A stretch of DNA of 64,000 bases, taken from the NCBI GenBank assembly GCA_963704645.1, contig OY969926.1, positions 928,001 to 992,000 of the forward strand, in the 5' to 3' direction. The notes under the pieces are model-generated. The model saw nothing but the letters and a program-made list of their open reading frames with translations, made no database searches and was not told the DNA's origin. Source of the stretch: an uncultured bacterium (GTDB lineage Bacteria; Patescibacteriota; JACMRA01). Of the stretch, positions 1 to 9,771 are shown piece after piece. The position numbers and the translations under genes were made by a program. Every line of letters starts with the position of its first letter. Within the stretch, counting starts at the first letter, position 1.

Positions 1-1140
1 AGCATAGCACTTTTTTCCATAATAGTATCTGGGCTATTTATTTTTAATTATGCTTATTTAACACCTTTACTTCTTGGTTTTATTTTTGCAACCTTAACTT
101 ACCCTATTTACACTTTTCTACAGAGCAAAATTAAATTTGAGAAACTAAAAGGTTCCTTTGCGGCTATAGTTACTATAATTGCTATTTCAGCAGGTATAAT
201 TAGCTTGCTAAATGTTATGACCAGAGAATTAATTAAGGAAGTTCCAACCTTTGCCACCTCTTTAATTGAATTTTTAGATGAAGTTCCTACTAATACCACA
301 ATTGTAAACATAAGTGCCAATTTCGGTTTAAACCAAGACGATTTAAGATCTATAGTTGATGAGTTAAAAGCTGAAACACCAGACACAAGCGCTTTAACAG
401 GAAGCGAGACTGACGGTAAAAAGTTTACGGAACTGTTCAGCCAAGAAAATATATCTGCGGCTTTAGATGTTAGTAGACAAGCTTTTAGCTATATTTTTAA
501 CCAATTAATTTACTTAGTCATATTTTTCCTAGCTTGGTTCAACGGTCTAGTTTTTGGTAAACTGTGGCTAGACGATTTGTTTGAAATTACACCTTTGGAA
601 GACGACGAAATTTTCCACATAAAGAAAGATTTAAAAACTGGTATACGTAATGTTATATACGCAAGTTTACTTTCTGGCGCAATTCACACAGTTGTTACAA
701 TTATAATTATGTTGGCTTTTGGTTTGCCAAATGTAAGTATAGTGGCAATTGCTGTTTTCTTAATTGGTATGCTTCCTGTTTCCCCATCGGAAATTGGCTA
801 TGCAATTCCAATTTTACTATTATTCCCTGTTAACCCAATGGCGGCATTAATTTTAATACCTATTTGTGAACTAATTATACTTTATGTGAACTATGTTTTG
901 CTACCTAAAGTAATAGCAGGTGGAGACGAAGGAAACCCATTATTAATTTTAACCAGCATTTTTTCTGGACTAGTAATTTTTGGAATAATGGGCTTTATTA
1001 TTGCTCCAGTTCTAATGATTTTAATTCAAACTTTATACAAAATTTTAGTTGAAAGAATTAGAATTCAAAAAGAAGAACTGCAAGAAATGAACGATTTACT
1101 AGAATCTGAAGAAACATCTTCACACCAAGCTAAAGCATAA
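1..1140 (+). CDS. AI-2E (PerM/YdiK-like) family transporter, 5' partial
   Basis: Frame is open from base 1 (SIALFSIIVSGLFIF...TYPIY). Multiple TM segments; C-terminal 'NPLLILTSIFSGLVIFGIMGFIIAP' is typical of AI-2E. Confidence 0.8.
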   Translation, partial: SIALFSIIVSGLFIFNYAYLTPLLLGFIFATLTYPIYTFLQSKIKFEKLKGSFAAIVTIIAISAGIISLLNVMTRELIKEVPTFATSLIEFLDEVPTNTTIVNISANFGLNQDDLRSIVDELKAETPDTSALTGSETDGKKFTELFSQENISAALDVSRQAFSYIFNQLIYLVIFFLAWFNGLVFGKLWLDDLFEITPLEDDEIFHIKKDLKTGIRNVIYASLLSGAIHTVVTIIIMLAFGLPNVSIVAIAVFLIGMLPVSPSEIGYAIPILLLFPVNPMAALILIPICELIILYVNYVLLPKVIAGGDEGNPLLILTSIFSGLVIFGIMGFIIAPVLMILIQTLYKILVERIRIQKEELQEMNDLLESEETSSHQAKA

Positions 1141-1147
1141 TAATTTT

Positions 1148-3385
1148 ATGGATGAGATTGAAGCTAAACAAAAAGCTATAATTGAAGGGCTTAACGCTCA
1201 ACAATATAAGGCTGTTCAAAGTATTACTGGCTCTACACTGGTTATTGCTGGGGCTGGTAGCGGAAAAACTGCTGTATTAACTAGAAGAGTGGCTTATTTA
1301 ATAGCTAATAACCAAATGCCAGGAAGTATATTGTGTCTTACCTTTACTAACAAGGCTGCTAAAGAAATGAATAGAAGGGTAAAAGATTTGCTTACAGAAG
1401 TTGGCATTTACCTACCCGAAATACCTATTTGGAAGGAAGATTATGTGCAAAACCCACTATTAGCTACTTTCCATAGCTTAGGTGTTAGGTTATTGCGTGA
1501 ATTTGGCTATGCAATTGAACTTAAAAAGGAATTTAGTATTTTAGATTCAGATGAACAGAAAAAAATTGTTAGGGAAATTTTGAAGGAATTAGATATTAGC
1601 GAAAAAAATGTACAGCCAAGTTTGGTTTTGTACTTTATTTCCCAGTGTAAACAGGAGCTGTTGGACGCGAGCAATAGCAGAAAATTAATTAAAGATTTCT
1701 TACCAATTTTCCACCAAATTTATGCAAAATATGAAAAGCGTTTAAAGCAAAGCCAAAGTGTAGATTTTGATGATTTGCTAATGCTTCCCTATATTATTTT
1801 GCGAGATAACAGTGATATTTTAGAAATTTTAAGACAGCGTTGGTGGCATATAATGATTGATGAGTTCCAAGATACCAACAGTGCTCAATTTAACTTGGTA
1901 AAGCTTCTTTGCCCATTAGAAATGTTGAATAAAGAGTTAGTAAATCCCCTTGGCCAACCAGCCCAAAGATCGTTGTTTGTAGTAGGTGACGATGCCCAAA
2001 GTATTTATGCTTTCAGAGGTTCTAAAATAGAAATTATTTTGAATTTTGAAAATGAGTACCAAAACACAACTGAAATTGTTTTGAACCAGAATTACCGTTC
2101 TACCCAACCAATTTTAGATTTAGCCGAAAAAATTCTAACCCACAACCCAAGGCAGAAGAAGAAACATTTATTCACCGAAAACAAAGATTCTTTGAAGGTA
2201 AATTATTACATGGCCAAAAACGAAAAAGATGAAGGTGAGTATATAATTAGGCAGTTATTTGAACAATACGCCAACAATAAAAGTACGGAGGTTCAAGCTG
2301 AAGAAGGAGATGTAAGCTTCCAACCAGATTCTTCGGTGGGTTTTGATGATTCAGTTCAATTCAGTCCAAGCAATATAAAAGTTAAAAATGACGACCCAGT
2401 TTCTAGAATGTTTGATGTTTACTTAGACGATGCAAGTTTTAGCCCAACCAGTTACGCCTTGCAAAGTTATTCACCCAGCAGCTGGCGGGTTCCTGAATAT
2501 AATTGGCAGAACCTTAAAGAATTAGATAAATGCGTTGTATTATACCGTACTCACGCCCAAAGTAGAAGTTTAGAAGAAACATTTTTGAAGTATCACCTAC
2601 CCTACAAATTGGTTAGCGGAGTAAGGTTTTTAGATAGAAGAGAAATAAAAGACATAATGTCTATTTTGAAGTTTATTGCTAACGGGGACGATAAAATTTC
2701 TTTAAGCCGCTTTTTACCTATTGTAATTGAAGGTGTTGGACCTAAAACTTTAGAAAAAATTCTAGCTTATTTAGAAGATTATAATTACCCGCTTGCTCCA
2801 AAATTTCAGGAAATATTGTTTAGCTTAATTGAAAAAATTCAAACTTGTTGGACTAATAGCACCAGTTTAATAGATTTAACAAAGCAATTGTTAGTTGTTA
2901 CAGGCTACGGCAGATATTTGAAGGCTCAGTTTCCTGCAAAAGAAGAATTTGAAGCCAGAATGGAAAATATTGGCGAACTGTACTCGCTTATGTTTCCTTT
3001 TGACGAAGATACAAGTGTAAGCATGCAAGAAAGACTAACCAACTTTTTAGCCCAAATTGCCCTAATGGGAGCTGTAGATGCAGAAGATTCTGAGAGTGCA
3101 CCTAAAATTAGTTTAATGAGCTTGCACCAAAGTAAAGGGTTAGAATTTGAAACTGTTTTCTTAGTAGGAATTGAAGATGGGCTTTTGCCTCATATGAATA
3201 GCTTTATGGAACCCGCTGGCATGGAAGAAGAAGTTCGTCTTGCCTATGTAGGTGTAACCAGAGCAAAGAAGTATTTACACCTTATTAACGCCGAAAGCAG
3301 AATTCAGTTCGGCCAAATAAAAGCAAATCCAATTTCCAGAATTTTCCGCCCATTCCTAGACAGCCACACCACCAGAAAAGTATAA
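1148..3385 (+). CDS. pcrA: UvrD/PcrA superfamily-1 DNA helicase with internal insertion
   Basis: AGAGSGKT, TFTNKAA, IDEFQDTN, VGDDAQSIYAFRG, QNYRS, HQSKGLEF, EEVRLAYVGVTRA. Confidence 0.95.
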   Translation: MDEIEAKQKAIIEGLNAQQYKAVQSITGSTLVIAGAGSGKTAVLTRRVAYLIANNQMPGSILCLTFTNKAAKEMNRRVKDLLTEVGIYLPEIPIWKEDYVQNPLLATFHSLGVRLLREFGYAIELKKEFSILDSDEQKKIVREILKELDISEKNVQPSLVLYFISQCKQELLDASNSRKLIKDFLPIFHQIYAKYEKRLKQSQSVDFDDLLMLPYIILRDNSDILEILRQRWWHIMIDEFQDTNSAQFNLVKLLCPLEMLNKELVNPLGQPAQRSLFVVGDDAQSIYAFRGSKIEIILNFENEYQNTTEIVLNQNYRSTQPILDLAEKILTHNPRQKKKHLFTENKDSLKVNYYMAKNEKDEGEYIIRQLFEQYANNKSTEVQAEEGDVSFQPDSSVGFDDSVQFSPSNIKVKNDDPVSRMFDVYLDDASFSPTSYALQSYSPSSWRVPEYNWQNLKELDKCVVLYRTHAQSRSLEETFLKYHLPYKLVSGVRFLDRREIKDIMSILKFIANGDDKISLSRFLPIVIEGVGPKTLEKILAYLEDYNYPLAPKFQEILFSLIEKIQTCWTNSTSLIDLTKQLLVVTGYGRYLKAQFPAKEEFEARMENIGELYSLMFPFDEDTSVSMQERLTNFLAQIALMGAVDAEDSESAPKISLMSLHQSKGLEFETVFLVGIEDGLLPHMNSFMEPAGMEEEVRLAYVGVTRAKKYLHLINAESRIQFGQIKANPISRIFRPFLDSHTTRKV

Positions 3386-3386
3386 C

Positions 3387-3523
3387 GTAGCGGCGACCAC
3401 TGCGTCGCCATTGTGGAAATTCAATCATTCAATGTAGGGGCGATGTTTACCATCGCCTTTCACGTTTTACCAAGAAAAATTTGAATTCAAACAGTTCAAA
3501 GTAGCGGCGAAGCTTGCGAGCCA
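3387..3523 (+). repeat. Cluster of three GTAG-type REP-like palindromes
   Basis: GTAGCGGCGACCACTGCGTCGCCA (3387), GTAGGGGCGATGTTTACCATCGCC (3434) and GTAGCGGCGAAGCTTGCGAGCCA (3501), lying between convergent genes. Confidence 0.75.
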
Positions 3524-3572
3524 AAAATGTACAAGCCAAATAAAATATTAAATAAGAGTTAATAGAATATTC

Positions 3573-3905
3573 CTACACCCCCACCACCCAACTATACTTT
3601 CCCATATCCACAGTACTCTCCAGAATTTCCACTCCCTCAGCTCGCAGTAATTCAATTTGTAAATTTCCTCTAAAACCTAGCTTTAAAGCCGAAATATAGC
3701 CCTGTTTATTCACAACCCTCTGCCAAGCGTATTCTTTCATTTCCTCCTCTGTCATTCCAGACAAAATTCGCCCAGCAATCCAACCCGAAATTCCAACTTT
3801 TCCTCCTATTTCCCCATAACTTAACACTTTTCCAACAGGAATTTTATTGATTTCGTATAACAATTGTTGTTTTATATCGGTGGGTGAAACAGTATTTAAT
3901 GACAT
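3573..3905 (-). CDS. Alkyltransferase-like (ATL/MGMT family) protein
   Basis: IPVGKVLSYGEIG; AWQRVVN in place of PCHRV/PWHRV; QIELLRAEGV. Confidence 0.85.
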   Translation of the reverse strand: MSLNTVSPTDIKQQLLYEINKIPVGKVLSYGEIGGKVGISGWIAGRILSGMTEEEMKEYAWQRVVNKQGYISALKLGFRGNLQIELLRAEGVEILESTVDMGKYSWVVGV

Positions 3906-4023
3906 TGAAAAATTAATTTTAATTACTAAACCTAAAATTTATTTAAAGAAATGGGCAAGTATTTTGACAATGGACGTCAATAAATTCACCATATTATTAC
4001 AGTTACAAATTTAGGTAAATAAA

Positions 4024-4239
4024 ATGAGAGTATCTTGTCACATATACTGCACGGAAAAACCCGATGATTACGGAAGTTTAAAGTGGGATAATTTTATTTC
4101 AAATGCATTATTCCCAGCTGAACCAATGATAGGAGATGTAATTGGAACCCAAATTACTCAGCTAAATGTTAGAGTAAAAGTGTGGGGTAGAGCCATGGAA
4201 ACCAACACGAAAATTAATTTGTACGTTACAGAATGCTAA
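4024..4239 (+). CDS. Small hypothetical protein (ORFan cassette)
   Basis: 71 aa ORF; TTGACA at 3964; hairpin AGTCCG-N7-CGGACT plus T tract downstream. Confidence 0.6.
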   Translation: MRVSCHIYCTEKPDDYGSLKWDNFISNALFPAEPMIGDVIGTQITQLNVRVKVWGRAMETNTKINLYVTEC

Positions 4240-4247
4240 ACTTCTTA

Positions 4248-4273
4248 AGTCCGCTAAAAACGGACTATTTTTA
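4248..4273. terminator. Intrinsic terminator between the ORFan and glyA
   Basis: AGTCCGCTAAAAACGGACT followed by ATTTTTA. Confidence 0.6.
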
Positions 4274-4277
4274 TGGC

Positions 4278-5558
4278 TTAATACCACCAATTCAACCCAT
4301 CAACTAAATTCTGACGATAATTGTTAATTTCCTCTTCAGTCATTTTATCTAAAATAAATTTGGAAATGTTTTGCCCTAGCTCATAACATTGTTGTGTTGT
4401 TATTCCTCTACTAGTCATAGCTGCTGTGCCAAAACGTAGCCCGGAAGGACGCCAGGCTGTTTTTGTATCGAAGGGAATTAGATTACGGTTACAAATAATA
4501 TTCACACTTTCTAGCTTCCTCTGAATTTCTAAGCTGTCTAAATTGTCTGGCAACTTTATTAAACATAGGTGGTTTTGAGTTGGATTGGCTATTTCCAAAC
4601 CTCCAGACAAAAGACCTAGTTCAAGCTGTTTGCAATTTTCTATAACTATTTCAGCATAATCTTTAAAACTAATACCATCTGGATACTTATCTTCCCCTAA
4701 AATTTCCATTAAGCCCTGACCTATTGCTGCAATTTGGTTTACATGCGGACCACCACTTGTACCTGGGAAAACCGTTTTGTTAAACTTAACCAAATGTTCT
4801 TTTTTAGCGAACACCATAGCTCCACGCCCTGCCCTTAAGGTTTTGTGGGTTGTCATAGAAACAAAATCTGCTCCGCTTTCGCCAGCTTTAAAAGGGGAAT
4901 CATGCAGGCCTGCTGCAACTAAACCGTTAATGTGAGCAATATCGGCTAGCACTAAAGCCCCATGTTGATGAGCAATTTCACAAAGTTTAGCAAATTCAAA
5001 TTTACGAGGATAAGCTGAAAAACCCAAAATTACTAACTTTGGTTTAAATTCTATTAACTTATTCGTAAAGTCTTCTTCATCAATTTCAAAAATTGTACTT
5101 CCAGAAACAACATCCAAACCTTCCTTTAAATCGTAATTAACTAAATTAAAAAACTTCAAATAAGCCGAAGTAGCATGCAAATGGGAAAGATGTCCACCAT
5201 TAGCCAAACTTAAACTTAATATTGTATCTCCAGCTTCTAAAATTGATAAAAACACCATGGCATTAGCAGGAGAGCCAGATAGAACCTGAACATTTACACC
5301 ATATTCTCCTTCACCATTTTCTTTTGTTTTATCGAATACCTGCAAAGCCAACTCTTGAACCTTGGTTTCTAATTGATCAGCGTAAACTTGGCCGGCATAG
5401 TAACGTTTCCCAGGATAACCTTCAGAATATTTATCACTCCAAATTGAACCCATTAAGGCTAAAGTTTTTGGGGAAGGATAATTATCTGAAGCAATTAAAT
5501 GAATGCTATTTTTTTGGCGAAGGGTTTCGGCGGAAGTAAGTTCAAAAAGCTGGTTCAT
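4278..5558 (-). CDS. glyA: Serine hydroxymethyltransferase
   Basis: LIASDN, KYSEGYPGKRYYAG, GGHLSH, PLP lysine in TTHKTLR, FPGTSGGP, SGLRFGT. Confidence 0.97.
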   Translation of the reverse strand: MNQLFELTSAETLRQKNSIHLIASDNYPSPKTLALMGSIWSDKYSEGYPGKRYYAGQVYADQLETKVQELALQVFDKTKENGEGEYGVNVQVLSGSPANAMVFLSILEAGDTILSLSLANGGHLSHLHATSAYLKFFNLVNYDLKEGLDVVSGSTIFEIDEEDFTNKLIEFKPKLVILGFSAYPRKFEFAKLCEIAHQHGALVLADIAHINGLVAAGLHDSPFKAGESGADFVSMTTHKTLRAGRGAMVFAKKEHLVKFNKTVFPGTSGGPHVNQIAAIGQGLMEILGEDKYPDGISFKDYAEIVIENCKQLELGLLSGGLEIANPTQNHLCLIKLPDNLDSLEIQRKLESVNIICNRNLIPFDTKTAWRPSGLRFGTAAMTSRGITTQQCYELGQNISKFILDKMTEEEINNYRQNLVDGLNWWY

Positions 5559-5660
5559 ACAATAATTATAGTTTTTAGAATAAATATTAAGTTAAATAAA
5601 TAACAATCTTCTAAAGTTTGCTGTCAATTCCCACTAGAACTTGCTGTGTTAATTAGTGGG

Positions 5661-5683
5661 TGGCTCGCAAGCTTCGCCGCTAC
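5661..5683 (-). repeat. GTAG REP-like palindrome, identical to the copies at 3501 and 6798
   Basis: TGGCTCGCAAGCTTCGCCGCTAC is the reverse complement of 3501-3523. Confidence 0.8.
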
Positions 5684-5836
5684 TTGTGATGAGGGATTGC
5701 TAACTGTAGGCTTCAAGCCCTGTCACTGAATAAGTTGACATATACACCCCTGAACTTGTTTCTTGGTCTAAGCCAAAGAGAGACACTTAATCTTTCCAAA
5801 GAAAAAAGCAAGTTCAAAACTTGCCTTGGACTTCGG

Positions 5837-6204
5837 TTACATACTTAAACCAAATGGTTCACCAAATGTGAGCTGATTAAGTTGAAAATGCCTGTGTTCC
5901 GATTCTAAAGGAGGTCGTCCTATCATATAATAGTAGCCTCCGATTGCCGACTTTGGAACATTAGCTGTAAAAGACAAATTTCCACAGGGAATAGTGCTTG
6001 GACTATCTCGAAAATCTTGTTCGCTGTAAATGAAATGATTGGTGTGTCCAACAATACAAAAAAAGAATGTCCATGTTCGTTAGGCTCTTCAATTTCACCA
6101 GTATGAACAACCACTCCTGGAAAGTTTGCTTTAAACATTGCTTCAATTTCAGCGATTTTATCATCATTTCCGTTTAATACAATTGCCAGGTAATTAACTA
6201 CCAT
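5837..6204 (-). CDS. Hypothetical protein (ORFan cassette), probably frameshifted near its 3' end
   Basis: The 93-aa ORF ends TGA-TAG at 5923. An alternative frame (TANVPKSAIGGYYYMIGRPP...GLSM) continues to TAA at 5837, just before the terminator GCAAGTTTTGAACTTGC-T tract. TTGACA at 6264-6259. Confidence 0.5.
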
Positions 6205-6280
6205 TATTTTATTTAATCAGATTAGTACAACCCAAATGTACCCTTATATTGCCCTAAATGTCAAAGGTTTTATCGACCAG

Positions 6281-6694
6281 CTACACCAACCTAAACCCAA
6301 ACGAATAACCCACCACTTCAACAATTAATAATGTTCCCCAACCTACAGCCAAAGTTAAAACTGCTGCTGCGGCTATGTCTTTAATAATTCTAACCCTCTC
6401 ATCCCTTTCTGGTTGAATTAAATCGCACAATCTTTCTATTGCTGTGTTAAACATTTCACCACTCATAACTAAAATTGTCATCATGAAGTTAATTATAGCC
6501 AAAGAATAACTTTGTAAAAGTAAACTAATTATAATAGTGGCTAAGCCAAGTGAAAATTGTATTTTCAAACTATGCTCTAAACGTAAAGCATCGTAAAACC
6601 CACGAATAGCATATAAATGGTTAGTAACGGGGTGGTAAGGCTTCTTTCTTTTAACCGAATTTGCATTTACAGTTGAAAGGTTTTCTGAACTCAT
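6281..6694 (-). CDS. dgkA: Diacylglycerol/undecaprenol kinase (DgkA family)
   Basis: EMFNTAIERLCDLI...IIKDIAAAAV motif with three TM segments. Confidence 0.9.
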   Translation of the reverse strand: MSSENLSTVNANSVKRKKPYHPVTNHLYAIRGFYDALRLEHSLKIQFSLGLATIIISLLLQSYSLAIINFMMTILVMSGEMFNTAIERLCDLIQPERDERVRIIKDIAAAAVLTLAVGWGTLLIVEVVGYSFGFRLV

Positions 6695-6797
6695 ACTTCT
6701 ATAAAATACAGGTTAAAATGGAATGTCAAACTTGGCTAACCGGGAATTATAGATTTATTAACCTAGACTTTAAAACAAACCCTGTCTTGCACGTGTA

Positions 6798-6875
6798 TGG
6801 CTCGCAAGCTTCGCCGCTACTTGTTCGCCATATTGAATTTGTGAGTACTGTCACCCTGAATTTATTTCAGGTTCT
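6798..6875. repeat. GTAG REP copy plus TGTCACCCTGAA-type palindrome
   Basis: 6798-6820 is identical to 5661-5683. 6849-6875 is TGTCACCCTGAATTTATTTCAGGTTCT. Confidence 0.7.
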
Positions 6876-7009
6876 AAACGTGGAGCAGCTTAAAAGCCAA
6901 AAAGTTAAGTAAAATTTCCTCTCTTCAAAATTATAAAACAACCTTTCCCCCAAACTAAAATAGCTCCTTAATAAAAAGAAGCTAGGAATATTTTATGTGC
7001 AAATTTATT

Positions 7010-7231
7010 CTACATCTCCATGCGTAATAAAGATGTAACACCAAAGAATACTGTTGATACACCAGAAAGAACCATAAATCTTGTTTGTTCAATACTAGTA
7101 AATTGTTCACTCCATGACATATTCTTCTTTTCAATACCACAGGAAGAAAAAAGAAAAATTATAAAAAAGAACATTGATACGAAAAACAAAAAATTGCAAA
7201 CGTCTTTAGGAAGAAATCTCATCCATTTCAT
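7010..7231 (-). CDS. Small 2-TM membrane protein (paralog 1)
   Basis: TM-loop-TM; loop IEKKNMSWSEQFTSIEQTR resembles that of 7648-7857; own TTGACA and terminator. Confidence 0.65.
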   Translation of the reverse strand: MKWMRFLPKDVCNFLFFVSMFFFIIFLFSSCGIEKKNMSWSEQFTSIEQTRFMVLSGVSTVFFGVTSLLRMEM

Positions 7232-7340
7232 AACTTAAATCCAAACTACAACTACTTAAACTAAGTTATACGCCAAGTTTAATGTCAAAGAATTTAAGAA
7301 ATAAAATAGACTCCTTAATTGGAGCCTATACAATTCAAAA

Positions 7341-7574
7341 TTATCTGCCTTCTTCTAAAGAAAACAAGATTGAAAGAATTGCTGTTGTGATAGCAAAAGA
7401 TATTGTATAACCCAAGGAGGGAACTTTATTGAATATCTCCATGGGTTCCATATATTTAAGGCTTTCTTTTAAAGCAGAATTAGTTTCCAAAGTAGAAAAC
7501 ACAATCCAAGCATTCCACAAAAGTAGAACAATTGAAGCCAACCAAGCGTATTTCAGAATATTCTTCTTTGACAT
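7341..7574 (-). CDS. Small 2-TM membrane protein (probable paralog 2)
   Basis: Same architecture; GAGGG upstream of ATG; downstream hairpin TAGGCTCC-AATTAA-GGAGTCTA. Confidence 0.65.
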   Translation of the reverse strand: MSKKNILKYAWLASIVLLLWNAWIVFSTLETNSALKESLKYMEPMEIFNKVPSLGYTISFAITTAILSILFSLEEGR

Positions 7575-7647
7575 CTAACCCTCAAATAATTTTTTACAAT
7601 TGAAAATGAAGTACAAATTAAATTTGTTTAGTCTTAAAACTTTGCAT

Positions 7648-7857
7648 CTACGATCGTCCTTTAAACTCTTCGTTCAAAGTCAAACCCGCAAAAACAATTG
7701 CAACTGCCAACGATCCAACTAAGTTTCTGGATGGCTCAATTTGAGCTATAATTTGAAAAAAGTTCATTCCAGTTTTATCTACTTTTACTGAATCATTCCA
7801 AAAAAATACAGAGGCAATTAAACAAACTACTGTGATGCACAAATAAACATTTTTCAT
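7648..7857 (-). CDS. Small 2-TM membrane protein (paralog 3)
   Basis: Loop VDKTGMNFFQIIAQIEPSR; TTGACA at 7920-7915. Confidence 0.65.
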   Translation of the reverse strand: MKNVYLCITVVCLIASVFFWNDSVKVDKTGMNFFQIIAQIEPSRNLVGSLAVAIVFAGLTLNEEFKGRS

Positions 7858-7922
7858 GAAATTTTAGTAATTCTACTAAACTGCAATTCAATATAAGTCA
7901 CATAAAAAAACCTATGTCAAAA

Positions 7923-9257
7923 CTACACGAAGGCCAACACAAACATTACGGAGTAAAATGCTACACAAGCCCATACTGAAACTATGTTAAACAGTTTTGG
8001 TCTTACCGCTTCGGGTAGTTGTTGGTTAAGACCAAGTAAAAGCGGAGGGTACAAAGCCATAATTAAAGCAGAAGTTGAGGCAGAAATTTGCAACAAACTA
8101 GCTGGCTGATTAAAACCTGGTATTACTGCAGTAAAAAATAGAATTATAATTCCTAGAAAAGCTGCAAATTGGCTTAAGCGTTCTGGTTTTGTGTTTTCGA
8201 AAAGTTTATTACCTGTACTTTTAAGTAGCCTTCCAATAGCATCGAGAATAGTTAATTGTGCCATAAAGAAAAGTATAAAAATACCCAAAGCCCAAGCAAA
8301 ACCAACACCATAAAATAGGGAATTTAATTTATCTACTTCAAAAGTTAAAATTCCAAAACCTACCCGCCCAGAGCCTGGCAACAACACCGCTGAAACTATG
8401 GCAATAAGCCCAATTCCTATAAAATTGCCAATATAAAAAAGTATGAAATGCTCTTTCCAAATTAAATTCCACCAGTTTTTAAAGTTTTGAATACTTTCGC
8501 TGTTCCACAATATTGCTGAATTTTGCAATTGAGACTTTGCAGGTGATTCCGTGGATAATTGGAACTTGTCCTCCGAGCGAGTTTCTCCCGATTTTAACTC
8601 TGTGTTAATTCCATAACCTTTATTTATGACCCAATTACTTTGCACCAAGTTTAAAACCCCAGCCACACCACCAAAAGCCAAAGCAGAAAGAAATAGAATT
8701 TTATCTGAATTGGTAGGCCAAAAACCAGTTGGACTTAGTTTTATTTGCAACACTTCTGGCCACAAACGAATAATTACAAATATTCCAATCCCCAGAATGA
8801 CCAACAGCCCAGCCCTAGCTATATTTTCTAGAATTTCGTAACTTCTCTTGCTTTGCCACACCAAAATTTGCAAAGCTAAAACCAATATTGCCAACCACGC
8901 TCCTGCAGCTGGAACACCTCCAACATATGCTAAAATATTCCCGGAAACCGAAGCCCAAGCAGGCCAAGCCAAGCTTACAATAATTCCAAAAATAAACAAA
9001 GCCGACAACCAAGAACTTTTTTGAATCATTCCAGCCAATGTATTTTTACCGGTTACTATTGAGTATCTCTCAATTTCCAAATTTACCATGAATTGTAAAA
9101 ATAAAATAAGCGGCACCGCCCACAAAATTGTTAAGCTATATCTTCCCACTAAGTCTGGCCACAAAAGGGTTTCTCCACCGTTTAAGCTTAGGGCTACAAA
9201 TACTACGGAAGGGCCAATTAATTGCCACAATGTTTTTTTAGCTGCGGGGAAAATCAT
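7923..9257 (-). CDS. Nramp-like divalent metal transporter (APC fold)
   Basis: N-terminal IGPSVVFVALSLNGGETLLWP and EIERYSIVTG; about 11 TM segments. Confidence 0.75.
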   Translation of the reverse strand: MIFPAAKKTLWQLIGPSVVFVALSLNGGETLLWPDLVGRYSLTILWAVPLILFLQFMVNLEIERYSIVTGKNTLAGMIQKSSWLSALFIFGIIVSLAWPAWASVSGNILAYVGGVPAAGAWLAILVLALQILVWQSKRSYEILENIARAGLLVILGIGIFVIIRLWPEVLQIKLSPTGFWPTNSDKILFLSALAFGGVAGVLNLVQSNWVINKGYGINTELKSGETRSEDKFQLSTESPAKSQLQNSAILWNSESIQNFKNWWNLIWKEHFILFYIGNFIGIGLIAIVSAVLLPGSGRVGFGILTFEVDKLNSLFYGVGFAWALGIFILFFMAQLTILDAIGRLLKSTGNKLFENTKPERLSQFAAFLGIIILFFTAVIPGFNQPASLLQISASTSALIMALYPPLLLGLNQQLPEAVRPKLFNIVSVWACVAFYSVMFVLAFV

Positions 9258-9326
9258 GAAATAAGCCTAATTTATATATATATTTTGGGCAAGAAAAGAA
9301 GGGTGTGTAAGACCCTCCTCTGTGTT

Positions 9327-9698
9327 TTAAGTTCTATTAGCAGTTGCTAACAATTCAAGCCATGAATCTTTGGAGTCATCTCCAAACTGAATTTCGGCCA
9401 CCCAGCAAACAGTTTTTAATTCATCAGTATTTTGACTGCAAAACTCTGTTCCATGATGAACTTCTTCACCAGTATAAACCATACAGTCTTCGCAGGGTAA
9501 AAGAGATGAAACTGCATTAAACGCTACACCAACGTGTTGGTAGTCCTCACAAGTAACTTTTAATTTCAGTTTTGCAGTAAGAACTTTAGACTGTATATTA
9601 AAAAGCTTTGATAACTTTTCAGTCTCCAAAGGGTTATTATCTTGCCAAATTAGAAGTGATTTTCGTGCAACTGAATGACTAATCAGAATTGAAAACAT
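9327..9698 (-). CDS. Hypothetical protein (ORFan cassette)
   Basis: 123 aa; GAGGA upstream of ATG; hairpin GAGGGT...ACCCTT plus T tract downstream. Confidence 0.55.
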   Translation of the reverse strand: MFSILISHSVARKSLLIWQDNNPLETEKLSKLFNIQSKVLTAKLKLKVTCEDYQHVGVAFNAVSSLLPCEDCMVYTGEEVHHGTEFCSQNTDELKTVCWVAEIQFGDDSKDSWLELLATANRT

Positions 9699-9771
9699 TA
9701 ATGTCCTCGGATAATTGAACTTACAAACTACTTATAAATAAACTCAGAATTTCTGGGTTTTGTAAAGTAAC

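Noticed and set aside
6661-6912. 83-aa plus-strand ORF
   Set aside because: Runs across the dgkA promoter and two palindromic repeats.
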